The notes beneath the pieces are model-generated. The model did no database searches. It was not told where the DNA came from and saw nothing but the letters and a program-made list of their open reading frames with translations. Shown here in pieces: positions 1 to 10,225 of a stretch of 51,324 bases of DNA. Within the stretch, counting starts at the first letter, position 1. Each line of letters begins with the position of its first letter. The stretch comes from Gemmatimonadales bacterium (GTDB taxonomy: Bacteria > Gemmatimonadota > Gemmatimonadetes > Gemmatimonadales > GWC2-71-9): NCBI GenBank assembly GCA_041613315.1, contig JBFJHJ010000022.1, forward strand, positions 1-51,324, given 5' to 3'. The position numbers and the translations under genes were made by a program.

Positions 1-2
1 CC

Positions 3-821
3 GCGATCCCGCTCCGCGATTTCTTCAGCGCTCTCGTGTTCGCCGGAGCGGGTGGCACCGCCAACCTCTTCTATGCCTTCTATCTCCGAGACAAGGGGAT
101 CGGAATGGGCGCCCGCGTCCCGATGCTGATCAATCCCTTCCGCAAGCGGGAAGAGGCGGTGAGCCAAACGGGGTTCCACTTTCCAGCAACCGAGGAGAAC
201 CGGCGGCGCTTCCGCGATTGGTTTCGGTTCGTCGTGCTGGACCAGACGCTCTTCTTCTGGCTGCTGAACAGCTTTACCATCCTGCTCTTCATCTTTGGCG
301 CGCTCGCCGTGCTGCACCCGCTGGGCATCGTGCCCCAGGCCGGCCGCGTCATCTGGGACGAAGCCGAGATCCTGGCGCAGAGCATGGGGCCCTCAGGTCG
401 CTTCCTGTTCCTGCTCATCGGCTTCGCCACGCTGTTCAGCACCCAGGTGGCCATCACCGACGGCCTCTCCCGGAGTATCGCCGACATCGCTTCTACGAGC
501 TTTCGATTCGCGCGCCGCGCCTCGCACGCGACATGGTACGCCCGCATCGCGGTCTTCGTGATCCTCTTCGGGACGGCGCTCACCGCCATTATGGAGGCAT
601 TCGGCATCACCGACCTGGGGTTCATCTTCAATGCCGCGTACATGGGGGGGTTCGCGATGGCGGTCTACACGCCTCTCGTCCTGTGGATGAACCTCCGGCA
701 CCTTCCGGAAGCGGCCAGACCGAGAGCGCTCAACGTCGTGATGGTCGGGACGGCCGCCGCGGTATACGTGGGATTTGCGCTGGCGAGCCTGGCGGGCGAA
801 GTGGGGCTGCTGGGAGACTGA
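3..821 (+). CDS. Nramp/APC-superfamily-like membrane transporter, C-terminal part (truncated by window edge)
   Basis: Frame open from position 3; several hydrophobic TM segments (FFWLLNSFTILLFIFGALAVL, FLLIGFATLFSTQVAITDGLSR). Confidence 0.65.
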   Translation, partial: AIPLRDFFSALVFAGAGGTANLFYAFYLRDKGIGMGARVPMLINPFRKREEAVSQTGFHFPATEENRRRFRDWFRFVVLDQTLFFWLLNSFTILLFIFGALAVLHPLGIVPQAGRVIWDEAEILAQSMGPSGRFLFLLIGFATLFSTQVAITDGLSRSIADIASTSFRFARRASHATWYARIAVFVILFGTALTAIMEAFGITDLGFIFNAAYMGGFAMAVYTPLVLWMNLRHLPEAARPRALNVVMVGTAAAVYVGFALASLAGEVGLLGD

Positions 822-847
822 ACGGCCCGCCGCACCCGGCGGGCCGT
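822..847. terminator. GC-rich hairpin between convergent genes, probable terminator
   Basis: Perfect 11-bp stem acggcccgccg/cggcgggccgt, loop cacc, right after stop at 821; no immediate U-tract. Confidence 0.55.
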
Positions 848-962
848 GTGCCCGTTTTCCCACTTTCGTGGCGCTGCGACGCCTGCCCCGATCGCCACCC
901 GCGTGCTGCTCCCCACGAGCACCGGGCGCCGGAGGACGTTGCGACGCGCATGGACGCGTCGG

Positions 963-2333
963 TCAGAGGGCCCCACGCTCCCATGGCCCCCAAATCGCGA
1001 ACGTCATCCCGCGGTGACCCGGGCCCCCGGCCCGAGTGTCCCCCTGGATGTTCACGAACAGCGTCCGCCCATTCGGGCTGAAGCACGCGCCCGCGAATTC
1101 ACGATCGTTCATCGCATTGCGGGCGACATCGAACAGCATGCCGTCACGGGTGAGCCCACGCACATATTGTTCACCGCCGCCGTCCTCGCAGATGACGATG
1201 CCTCCTCGCGGGCTCACAGTGATGTTGTCCGGTCCGTCCAGCACGTCCGGCCCCGGCGACTCGAAGACGAGCACGAGGACGCCGGTCGCGGAAGTGGTCG
1301 GCCGATAGTGCCACACCTGCCCGGCGCTCGCATCGCCGCCGTTGGTCGCATGAAAGTAGACACCGCCGTCACCCGTGAAGCAGCCCTCGAGGCGCGGAAA
1401 GACCGCCCCGCCTTTCGCCTGGCCCTGCTCGAACACCGCGAGGTCGTTCGACTCGGCCGCGGCCGGGTCGGGATCGTCTATGTCGACCCAGGTCGCGTTG
1501 TACGCCGTCCCCGCGCGTTGGCCCCGAGCCAGGTTCAGATTCGGTTCACCGGCCACGGCGAGCATCTGCAGCCGTCCGCCGGCCTGGAGGTCGCTGGGCC
1601 GATCGGGGAGGAACCGATAGAAGCCCGCCGTACCGCGGTCCTCGGTCTCGTACACGATGCCCGAGGCCGGCTCCACCGCGACGGCCTCGTGCACGAATCG
1701 CCCCATGGCAGTGAGAGGGACCGCCGCGACCTGGCGCTCGGCGACGGCCGGAACCTCGAAGACATACCCATGGCGTCGGCTCCAGCCCTGGGTTGTGCCC
1801 CCGGTTGTCTCCTCACACGACAGCCAGGTCCCCCACGGCGTCGGGCCGCCGGCGCAGTTGACGATGGTGCCGCCGAGGCTCTGGAAGTCGCGTACCAGCT
1901 CTGCCGCGCCATCCGGGGCGAGTCGCACCTCGAGGGACGTCGTGCCGCCGCCGCCCGCCGTGTCATAGGCGAGCCCGGGGTCGCCCTGGAGGGCGGCGAC
2001 GCCGGGATCGTCGCGGTCTTCATGGTTGCGGATCAGGCGCACGTGTCCGTTGGCAAGCGGGAGGGCGCACATTCCATCGTGCGCCTTGGGGGTCGCGCTG
2101 CCGTCGGACCGCAACGCGCCCTCAGCACCGATTACCGCGAACGTGAAGTCGGCGGGAAGCGCCAACTCGCGCCCGGTATCCGTGAGAAGTCCGTAGCCGC
2201 CGTGGTCCGGGCCGGCCGGGGGCCGGGCGCCGTTGGTGCAAGCGCTCAGAAGTCCGGCCAGTGAGGGAACGGTCAGGATACCCCCTCCCACGACGGCGCT
2301 TCGCAGGAAATGGCGGCGATCGATCGACGGCAT
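963..2333 (-). CDS. phoX: PhoX-family (DUF839) alkaline phosphatase, Tat-exported, probable lipoprotein
   Basis: Start reassigned to MPSIDRRHFL (Tat motif), LLSAC lipobox; motifs HDGM, RNHE, NCAGGPTPWGTWLSCEE, GRFVHEA, PDNI, EFAGACFSP. Confidence 0.85.
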   Translation of the reverse strand: MPSIDRRHFLRSAVVGGGILTVPSLAGLLSACTNGARPPAGPDHGGYGLLTDTGRELALPADFTFAVIGAEGALRSDGSATPKAHDGMCALPLANGHVRLIRNHEDRDDPGVAALQGDPGLAYDTAGGGGTTSLEVRLAPDGAAELVRDFQSLGGTIVNCAGGPTPWGTWLSCEETTGGTTQGWSRRHGYVFEVPAVAERQVAAVPLTAMGRFVHEAVAVEPASGIVYETEDRGTAGFYRFLPDRPSDLQAGGRLQMLAVAGEPNLNLARGQRAGTAYNATWVDIDDPDPAAAESNDLAVFEQGQAKGGAVFPRLEGCFTGDGGVYFHATNGGDASAGQVWHYRPTTSATGVLVLVFESPGPDVLDGPDNITVSPRGGIVICEDGGGEQYVRGLTRDGMLFDVARNAMNDREFAGACFSPNGRTLFVNIQGDTRAGGPGHRGMTFAIWGPWERGAL

Positions 2334-2585
2334 GTCGTGGTCCAGTTTCGAAGAACCCGTAACCTGTTGGGGTCGCCCGTCCTGCGGTCCGTGACACGAG
2401 TCACTTCGCAAAACGGGCCGAGTCGGCATCAACATCTGGCGCAGCATCCGGAAGTCAGGTCACCCGAGATCCGAGGACGCGCAATGGCTCGCGGCGCTCA
2501 CACGATCGCTAGATTCCTCAGCAGCCTGTGCGGCGTTGACCTGACCCACGGCGCGCGCGGCCCGGTGCGCGTCTGAGGAGCGGCG

Positions 2586-3761
2586 ATGACGCGATCGTTG
2601 TCTGACGAAGGGGTGCCGGAGAAAGCTCCGGCCGAGCCCCCGGTGGCGCCTCCGGCGCCCTCCGGACCGTCGCCGAGCGCGCCCGACGCCGCCAGCGAGC
2701 ACGTGGCGGCCGCGGAGGCGGCGGGGCTCGTGTACGTGACCGACGCCGCGCCCGGCATCCGACGCAAAGGCGCTGGCCGGGGCTTCGCCTACTACGGTCC
2801 GGACGCCGCGCTTATCCGAGACCGGGCCATCCTCAAGCGCATCCGGGCGCTCGTCATCCCCCCCGCATGGACCGACGTCTGGATCTGCCCCGATCCGTTG
2901 GGCCACATCCAGGTGACCGGCCGTGACGCGAAGGACCGCAAGCAGTACCGGTACCACCCCCGGTTCCGGGAAATCCGAGACGAGACGAAGTTCGGCCGCA
3001 TGCTCCGGTTCAGCGAGGTGCTGCCGCACATCCGGGAGCATATTGAGCGAGACTTGTCGCGGCCAGGACTCCCCCGCCGGCGCGTGCTCGCCACGGTCGT
3101 GCGGCTACTGGAGAAGACGCTGATCCGCGTGGGTAACGACGAATACGCACGCGCGAATCGCTCGTACGGCCTCACCACACTGCGTCGGCGCCACGTGGCG
3201 GTCGACGGCGCCAAGCTCCGCTTCGAGTTTCGCGGCAAGCGCGGCATCATGCATTCGGTCTCAGTCACCGACCGACGGGTGGCGAAGATCGTCCAGCGGT
3301 GTCAGGAACTGCCGGGGCAGGAGCTGTTTCAATACCTCGACGGTGACGAGCGGCGGCAGAGCGTCGACTCCGGCGACATCAACGCGTATCTACGGGAGAT
3401 CACCGGCCGGGACGTCACCGCCAAAGACTTCCGAACCTGGGCCGGCACGATCCTCGCGGCGACGGCGTTGCGCGAACTTGGAACGGACGGGTCGGACCGG
3501 GAACGGAAGAGAAAGGTGGTACTGGCGATCGACCAGGTGGCGGAGCGGTTGGGCAACACGCGTGCGGTCTGCCGGAAGTACTATGTGCACCCCGCCGTCC
3601 TGGACGCGTATCTGGAGGGCCGGGTCGTGCGCGCGGTGCCGCCCGAGCCTCCGCGCGAGCAAGATCGCCGCACCGGCGGCGCCGCCCTCCGGCGGGAAGA
3701 GGCGGCGGTGCTTCAGTTCCTACAGCACGAGCTCGCGAGGGGCAGGCGCCGCGGCGCCTGA
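2586..3761 (+). CDS. DNA topoisomerase IB (bacterial/poxvirus type)
   Basis: KQYRYHP, IRVGNDEY, FEFRGKRG, TAKDFRTW, LGNTRAVCRKYYVHP (catalytic Tyr); RBS gaggag. Confidence 0.92.
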   Translation: MTRSLSDEGVPEKAPAEPPVAPPAPSGPSPSAPDAASEHVAAAEAAGLVYVTDAAPGIRRKGAGRGFAYYGPDAALIRDRAILKRIRALVIPPAWTDVWICPDPLGHIQVTGRDAKDRKQYRYHPRFREIRDETKFGRMLRFSEVLPHIREHIERDLSRPGLPRRRVLATVVRLLEKTLIRVGNDEYARANRSYGLTTLRRRHVAVDGAKLRFEFRGKRGIMHSVSVTDRRVAKIVQRCQELPGQELFQYLDGDERRQSVDSGDINAYLREITGRDVTAKDFRTWAGTILAATALRELGTDGSDRERKRKVVLAIDQVAERLGNTRAVCRKYYVHPAVLDAYLEGRVVRAVPPEPPREQDRRTGGAALRREEAAVLQFLQHELARGRRRGA

Positions 3762-3775
3762 CCTCGTCTCGGGGC

Positions 3776-5191
3776 TCACGGAAAGATCCCCAACTCCTCG
3801 TACGCCACCGCGATCTTGTCGATCGCGTTGATAAACGCGGCCGTCCGCAGGTCCACTTTGCAGTCGTGTCGCGCCCGGATCTCGAGCATCTGCTGGTACG
3901 CGTTCACCATTGTTTCCTCGAGTCCGGAGTTCACCAGGTCCACCTCAGTGGAGCCTCGGGTGACGTCCTTCAGCTCGCCTTCCGAGAATCGCTTGTCGGT
4001 CATGTGCTCCACGGCGTGGAGCAGGCGCCGGTACGCTCCCTGCTCCGCGCGCCGCTGCATCCGCCCGAACCGGATGTGAGAGATATTCTTGATCCACTCG
4101 AAGTAGGACACGGTGACGCCGCCAGCGTTCAGGTAGATATCCGGGATCACCATCGTCCCTCGCTGCCGGAGGACATCCTCGGCTTCGACGGTCGTCGGGC
4201 CGTTCGCCGCCTCCGCCACGATCTTGGCTCGGACCCGGGGGGCGTTCTCCCCCTTGATCTGCTTCTCGAGCGCGGCCGGGATGAGGATGTCGCAGTCGAG
4301 CTCCAACGCCTCGACACTGTTCGGGATGTTGATGGCGCCGGGGAAATCCATGATCGAGCCGGTCTCCTTCCGGTGGGCCATCACCGCCTCGATATCCAAC
4401 CCCTTCTCGCTGGTGATCGCTCCTTCGTACTCGGCCAGCCCGGTGAGAACGCCGCCCCCCTCCTGTATGAACTTGGCGGCGTGGTAGCCCACGTTCCCGA
4501 GACCCTGAATGACGACGCGCTTGCCGGCAAGGCCCGGCGAGAGCTTGAGCGCCTTCATGTCGTCCCCGACAGCGCACGCCTCGCGCACGCCGAAGTACAC
4601 CCCCCGGCCCGTCGCCTCCATCCGCCCCCGGATGCCGCCCTGGCTCACCGGTTTGCCCGTGACGCAGGCGAGCGCGTTCAACTCGCCGCCGGACAGCGAG
4701 ACGTACGTGTCCGCGATCCACGCCATCTCCCGGGGGCCCGTCCCGAAATCCGGCGCCGGCACATCGAGGCCCGGCCCGATGAAGTTCTTCTTCACCAGCT
4801 CGTACGTGTACCGCCGCGTGATCTTCTCCAGCTCCCGGTCCGAGTACTTGTGTCGGGCGATCTTGACGCCTCCCTTCGCCCCGCCGAACGGGACGTCCAT
4901 GAGCGCGCACTTGTACGACATCAGCGCCGCGAGCGCGATCACCTCATCCTCATCCACCATGAGGCTGTACCGGATCCCGCCCTTGGTCGGCTGCCGGTGA
5001 TGGCTGTGCTCGGCGCGCCAGGCGTGGATTACCTCGATCGTTCCATCGTCCCGCTTGATCGGGAACGAGATGTGATAGACCGAATTGCATGCCTTCAGTT
5101 GGTCCAGGAGGGCCGGGTCGTGCCCGGTGAACTTCGCCGCACGATCGAATCCGCTGTTGACCTGTTCGACGAAACTGAAACCAGTTGCCAT
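3776..5191 (-). CDS. gdhA: Glu/Leu/Phe/Val dehydrogenase (glutamate dehydrogenase)
   Basis: [49 protein letters not shown]. Confidence 0.93.
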   Translation of the reverse strand: MATGFSFVEQVNSGFDRAAKFTGHDPALLDQLKACNSVYHISFPIKRDDGTIEVIHAWRAEHSHHRQPTKGGIRYSLMVDEDEVIALAALMSYKCALMDVPFGGAKGGVKIARHKYSDRELEKITRRYTYELVKKNFIGPGLDVPAPDFGTGPREMAWIADTYVSLSGGELNALACVTGKPVSQGGIRGRMEATGRGVYFGVREACAVGDDMKALKLSPGLAGKRVVIQGLGNVGYHAAKFIQEGGGVLTGLAEYEGAITSEKGLDIEAVMAHRKETGSIMDFPGAINIPNSVEALELDCDILIPAALEKQIKGENAPRVRAKIVAEAANGPTTVEAEDVLRQRGTMVIPDIYLNAGGVTVSYFEWIKNISHIRFGRMQRRAEQGAYRRLLHAVEHMTDKRFSEGELKDVTRGSTEVDLVNSGLEETMVNAYQQMLEIRARHDCKVDLRTAAFINAIDKIAVAYEELGIFP

Positions 5192-5309
5192 CCACCACCT
5201 CGCTCAGAAGCCGCGCCGGCATCGACGCCCTCAATACTGCATCGGGAAACGCACGGGGGGTAGCGGGAACATGCGGCAGGGAGCCCGCCCTCCCCAGCCC
5301 CCTTTCCAA

Positions 5310-7121
5310 TCACCGCGGCGGCAACACCGGGAGCAGGAGGTGCGAGGGGCGCGCCGTATCGTGAAAGACGGTCTGACGGGCGGGTACCAGTCGCGTTTCC
5401 GTGGCGATCGGCGCGCCAGTGTTGGGATTGGGATCGAAGTGGGGAGCGCGGCTGCTGGTCAGATGCACGCGAATACGGTGACCCTGGAGAAAGCGGTTCG
5501 CCGTCATCATGTGGCGAATCGTCACCTGATAGACGCGCCCCGGTTCCAGCAACGCCTGTCGGTCGTTCCCGTCGCGATAGCGCATGCGGAGATAGCCGGC
5601 CTCGGGGCCAAGGACGTTGTACGATCGGCCGTCGGGGTGCACGTCGCAGAGCATCACGGCAAAGTCGGTGTCGCGAGCGTCCGACGATACGTACAGCACG
5701 GCCGCGATCTCGCCCGCGACGTCCACGTCGTTCTGCAGCGGAAGGCTCGTGTACACTAGGACGTCCGCGCGTGTCTCGATATCCGCGCGATCGTACGGCC
5801 CCCCGGCTTCGAAGTGGACGTCCCAGACGGGGTCTTGCGGGTCGTAGACGTACCGATCGGGAGGGGCCGCGCCCGGAGGGGCCCACGTCAATGCGCCGTT
5901 CCCGCGTGCCGTGCGAGCGTCCCCGGCGCTCGTGAGGTACAGGGGAGTGAGGCGGGCGTCGGGCGGAGGCCAGTCGGCGGCGGTGTGCCAGCGGTTCGCT
6001 CCCATGAGGAAGAACGCGACCGGCGGGTCGCGGTCGACGCCGTTCCGGATGCCCCGGAGCCGGCGGTCGAACCACCGCAGCAGCAGGGCGTCGAAGTCGA
6101 GCCCCGCGCTGGGACCGAAGTCCAGCTCGCCGACCCGGGTCGTGTGCACCGTGATCGAGCTGTGGCTCCACGGACCCAGGATCAGCCGCGTGTGCGCCCG
6201 GGCCTCCACCGTCGCCGCCTCCCGGCGCACACCCCGGAACCCGCGCACGGCGCCTTCCGTCCCGTACGTGTTGTCGAACCATCCGCTCACGAGGAGCAGC
6301 GGGGCGCGGATCGTCCCGAAGGCATCCTCGACGTTGGCGAACGCCCACCAGGCACTCGAGTCGGGATGGGTGAGCCAGTCGTAGTAGTACGGGGCGTACC
6401 GCCGCAGCAGCGGCACACCGGCCAGCGGGCGATACCGGTACCACTCGTGGCGCACGCGAACCCATTCCGTGTACGCTGAGTCGCCGTTCCACGGGCCGGA
6501 GACGTCATTCGCCCGCCGCCGCAGGTCAGGGAGAATCAGCGGCATGAACCACTCGAACCACGTGTAACTCGTGGCGCCCCCCAGGTGGAAAAAGTGATGG
6601 CTTCCCACGGGCGTCATGTCGGGCGCCGCCGTCGTGAGGTGGGGCGGACCCTCGGCGAGCGCGAGCCACTGCACGAACCCCGGGTACGATCCGCCGTAGG
6701 TACCGACTTTCCCCGACGACCGCGGGTGGCGGGCCGCCCATTCGATCGTGTCGAACCCGTCCTGCCGCTCCTGCCGATACGCATCGAACTCACCATCGGA
6801 CGCGTGGCGGCCCCGCACGTCGACCAGGACGACCAGAAACCCGCGGTGGGCGGCGGCAAGCGGGAAGGCGGATCGCGCGAGATGCGCCTCTGCGTCGTAC
6901 GGCGTGCGATAGACCACGGCGGGGAATGTCCCCTCGGTATCGGGACGCACGACGAGCGCGCGAAGCCTGACACCGTCCCGCATCGGGATCTCCACGTTGC
7001 GCTCCACCACGACGTTGGCGTAGCCGGCGCCGATCGCCCCGCCCGTGGCGCCACCACACGCCATCGCTCCCGCCGCAGCGAACGCGGTGAGCGTCGACCA
7101 GAGTGCCGACGGCGCCGTCAT
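5310..7121 (-). CDS. CocE/NonD family serine hydrolase, exported
   Basis: IPMRDGVRL, RTPY, DVRGRHASDG, GGSYPG nucleophile, GPWSH, C-terminal PepX-like domain; signal ending AMAC; start overlaps kinase stop. Confidence 0.9.
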   Translation of the reverse strand: MTAPSALWSTLTAFAAAGAMACGGATGGAIGAGYANVVVERNVEIPMRDGVRLRALVVRPDTEGTFPAVVYRTPYDAEAHLARSAFPLAAAHRGFLVVLVDVRGRHASDGEFDAYRQERQDGFDTIEWAARHPRSSGKVGTYGGSYPGFVQWLALAEGPPHLTTAAPDMTPVGSHHFFHLGGATSYTWFEWFMPLILPDLRRRANDVSGPWNGDSAYTEWVRVRHEWYRYRPLAGVPLLRRYAPYYYDWLTHPDSSAWWAFANVEDAFGTIRAPLLLVSGWFDNTYGTEGAVRGFRGVRREAATVEARAHTRLILGPWSHSSITVHTTRVGELDFGPSAGLDFDALLLRWFDRRLRGIRNGVDRDPPVAFFLMGANRWHTAADWPPPDARLTPLYLTSAGDARTARGNGALTWAPPGAAPPDRYVYDPQDPVWDVHFEAGGPYDRADIETRADVLVYTSLPLQNDVDVAGEIAAVLYVSSDARDTDFAVMLCDVHPDGRSYNVLGPEAGYLRMRYRDGNDRQALLEPGRVYQVTIRHMMTANRFLQGHRIRVHLTSSRAPHFDPNPNTGAPIATETRLVPARQTVFHDTARPSHLLLPVLPPR

Positions 7122-10039
7122 CGCCGTCCCTCCTCGCCGACCGTGAGGATCGCGGCGACCGAGTCACGCAGCGCCGCCCTGGCACCGTTGGCCCCGTCGA
7201 GCACGGCCAGGAGCGCGGCGTAGGTCGCGCGGCTCGCGTTCCGCTCACCGAGCGCCGCGAGGGCCTCCGCGCGAAGCGCCAGCGCGTCGGGCCAGGCCAC
7301 TTGATCGTTGAATCCCGCCATCAGTTGGAAGCTATTGGTCTCCGCCACGACGCCGTCGACGTCGCCGCGGCGTGCGGCCACCTGCGCCACGGCGAGGCGG
7401 AGTGGCCACAGCGATCCCACGGGCCCGAACAAGACGTCCTTGATGCTGTAGCGCGCAGTGGCGACGCGCCACCGTTCGAGCGCCCCGGCGGTATCGCCCG
7501 CAGCGAGCCGGTCGAGCGCGTCGAGGTCGAGACGGAGACTTCGCGCCAGGGGCGCGTGCGCCCCGTTCCGACGCAACGCGTCGAGCCGCCGCACCGCACC
7601 CGCGACCGCTGAACGGTCCCGCCCGCGGAACCACCGTGCGGCAAGCCATGCGGTGGTCGGATCGTCGCCGGTATCGGCGAGGAGCCGTCGCGCGGCTTCC
7701 TGTCGCGCGGCGAGGTCGCCCAGGCTCGCCGTGCCGGTCACCGCGGTCAGGAGCAGCCACTGATCTACTTCCTCCTGCGGCGCCCCAATGCGCCGCGCCG
7801 CTCGCAGGAGCGAGTCGGCCGTGGCCTCGCGCCCGGTCCCGAGCATGCTCGCCATGCGCAACCGAAACGCGATCGCCCGGTCCTCGCGCGTCGCGGCGCG
7901 GTTCCACAGCGCGGCGATCGCGTCGTGCGCGATCCCCCGAGCAGTGGGCCGTACCGACAACTCGCCGGCCGCCATGGCGATGGTCTCGAGCGCCGCGGAC
8001 GGCCGCTGCTCGAACGAGGCGAGCACGGCGAGCGGCGCCCGGCCGCCCACATAGAGCAACGAGTCCACCATGCCCGTGAGCTCCGCCCATACCGACACGC
8101 TGTCGATCTGCCGGTACGCTGCCATGTAGCGGCGCGCGAGCCCCTCGTTCTCCTGGATCACGGCGATGCGGGCGAGCTGGACGATGGGTGCGGCGAAATT
8201 GGGGTCCAACGCGTGCGCCCGCTCGAAGGCGTAGCGCGCCGCCGTCCGGGACTGGCCCAGGAGCGGCGCGAACGCGAAACGGAGATAGCCCAGCACGAAC
8301 CAGGCGTCGACGGCATTGGGATGGCGCTCCACGATCCGCTGAAACGCCTCCTGCGCCCCGTGGAGATCCCCTTCCGTCACGAGCAGCTCGTAGCCCTCGA
8401 GGAGCGCCCGCGTCGTCGGGTCCAGCCGATCACGGAACCGACGCACCGATTCGAGCGCGGTCCGGACACTGGTCGTCGCCTGTGTCGGCCGGAGACGCAG
8501 GACTTCGCAGAGCATCCGCTTGAACTCGGCCATCGCAAAGGTGGAGTCGAGCGCCAACACCCGTCCATAGCGGTCCGCGGCCTGCTCGTACGCCCCACTC
8601 CGAAACGCGGCCTCGGCGGCGACGTATTCCCGGAACGCGTTCAAGCCGTAGGGCAGCGCTGCGCTCCACCCCGTGAGCTCACGGGCCACGTTCATCGCGA
8701 ATGACTCGAGGACCAGTCCCGACACCAAGGCGGACAGGCTGTCCAGCGAACCCGTCGCGTCGGCGCTTCGGACGGTCTGCCCGGCCGCGCCCGCGCGGAC
8801 GTCGACCCGAATGCGCACACGGTCCTGTGGGAGAAACTCCACGACCGCCGACAGCACTTCGGACGCTCCGAACGCGCGGCCGACGAAGCGCGCCAGGCTG
8901 TCGAACGGGGTGCCGACCGAAAACCGCTCGGAGAGTACCCGTTGCAGCTGACTGCTGGACACGATCCGGTACTCGGGCAGCCAGCGGAGCTGATCTTCAA
9001 ACGCGCGAGTGAGCGCGTGGCTCAGCTCCAGGTCGCGAACGTCGCCCTGGACGGCAAGCGGCAGAATGGCCACGGTGCGCGATGCGGCGACGAGTTCGGG
9101 CGTGCGCGCCAGCCACCATCCTCCAATCGCCAGGAGGGCGGTGGCCGCCCCCGCGGCCCACCACCAGCGGCCGGCCCGCCGCCCCTCCGCCGCGGCGAGC
9201 ATGTCGAGCCACCGCGCGACCGACGCGGGGCGGCGTTCCCGGTCGAGCGCGAGCGGCGTTGTGAGCGCCTTCACAACACGATGTGGCACATCGGGCCGTG
9301 CCGATCCAAGGGCGCGCGCCGCTTCGTCCGCGTCCTGCAGGATCTCGATCGGCTCGCCCGCGAGCGCCTCGTACGCCACCGCGGCGAGCGCGTAGAGATC
9401 CGCCCGAGCGTCCACGTTCACCATCCCGGTCGCCTGTTCCGGCGCCATGTACGCCGGCGTCCCCACCACCTCACCGGCGCGGGTGATCTTGGTGTCGCCG
9501 GGGCGCGCCGCCTGGGCGATGCCGAAGTCGGTGACGAGCCAGCGGCCGGTCGCGCTCTCGAGCAAGATGTTGGACGGCTTGACATCCCGGTGCACGATGC
9601 CGCGCTGATGCGCGAACCCGAGCGCTGCGGCGACCTGCGCGAGGAGTTCCCGCACCTCGTGATAGTCCAGCCGGCCACGCTCTCTGAGATGCGCCGCAAG
9701 CGTTTGGCCTTCGACGAACGGCATGACCAGATAGGCCAGATCGCTCGCCAGTTCGAACTCGAAGACCGGAACGATATTGGGATGGGAGAGATTGGCGGCG
9801 AGCGTCGCTTCCCGCTGGAACCGGACGAGGTCGGCGCCCTCTTCGCCGATCAGCGCGTGGAGCACCTTGATGGCGACGGCGGAGCCCAGGGTCCGGTGGC
9901 GACCGAGGAACACCGACCCCATGCCACCCCGCTGAAAGAAACGCTCGACCTCGTAGCGATGGCCGAGCCGCTCCCTGACGTGTTCGAGATCCGGTAGCTC
10001 CACGCTGAGACCGTCCGTGCGTGGATGGTGTAGTGCCAT
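7118..10039 (-). CDS. Ser/Thr protein kinase with TM helix, TolB-N-like domain and TPRs
   Basis: RGGMGSV, VAIK, HRDVKPSN, DFG, GTPAYMAPEQ; TM WWWAAGAATALLAIGGWWL; RTVAILPL; TPR-like helices; start placed at ATG 10039 (uncertain). Confidence 0.88.
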   Translation of the reverse strand: MALHHPRTDGLSVELPDLEHVRERLGHRYEVERFFQRGGMGSVFLGRHRTLGSAVAIKVLHALIGEEGADLVRFQREATLAANLSHPNIVPVFEFELASDLAYLVMPFVEGQTLAAHLRERGRLDYHEVRELLAQVAAALGFAHQRGIVHRDVKPSNILLESATGRWLVTDFGIAQAARPGDTKITRAGEVVGTPAYMAPEQATGMVNVDARADLYALAAVAYEALAGEPIEILQDADEAARALGSARPDVPHRVVKALTTPLALDRERRPASVARWLDMLAAAEGRRAGRWWWAAGAATALLAIGGWWLARTPELVAASRTVAILPLAVQGDVRDLELSHALTRAFEDQLRWLPEYRIVSSSQLQRVLSERFSVGTPFDSLARFVGRAFGASEVLSAVVEFLPQDRVRIRVDVRAGAAGQTVRSADATGSLDSLSALVSGLVLESFAMNVARELTGWSAALPYGLNAFREYVAAEAAFRSGAYEQAADRYGRVLALDSTFAMAEFKRMLCEVLRLRPTQATTSVRTALESVRRFRDRLDPTTRALLEGYELLVTEGDLHGAQEAFQRIVERHPNAVDAWFVLGYLRFAFAPLLGQSRTAARYAFERAHALDPNFAAPIVQLARIAVIQENEGLARRYMAAYRQIDSVSVWAELTGMVDSLLYVGGRAPLAVLASFEQRPSAALETIAMAAGELSVRPTARGIAHDAIAALWNRAATREDRAIAFRLRMASMLGTGREATADSLLRAARRIGAPQEEVDQWLLLTAVTGTASLGDLAARQEAARRLLADTGDDPTTAWLAARWFRGRDRSAVAGAVRRLDALRRNGAHAPLARSLRLDLDALDRLAAGDTAGALERWRVATARYSIKDVLFGPVGSLWPLRLAVAQVAARRGDVDGVVAETNSFQLMAGFNDQVAWPDALALRAEALAALGERNASRATYAALLAVLDGANGARAALRDSVAAILTVGEEGRR

Positions 10040-10225
10040 CGCGGGTCGCGCAGAATGCGCGGTGTTCGCAAGCGAGCACCGGAATATCCGTGATCCACCA
10101 CTCGGCCACCAGGGGCCGCGCCACGGGGCAGGGCCGCCGGCTTCCTGAGCAACCGCTGACGAGGCTCCCATCCCTCGCCGCAGCGCCGACGTTACCTTTG
10201 CGGCACACTCCTCAGGAGATAGCAC

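Noticed and set aside
846..2264. Long antisense or alternative-frame ORFs (also 3866-5263, 24931-26619, 30341-32119, 19414-21021)
   Set aside because: Shadows of real genes in high-GC DNA; Arg/Pro/Ala-rich with no motifs.
2391..2404. GTGAC-N4-GTCAC upstream of phoX as a Pho box
   Set aside because: Pho boxes are 11-bp-period direct repeats; a 5-bp inverted repeat can arise by chance.
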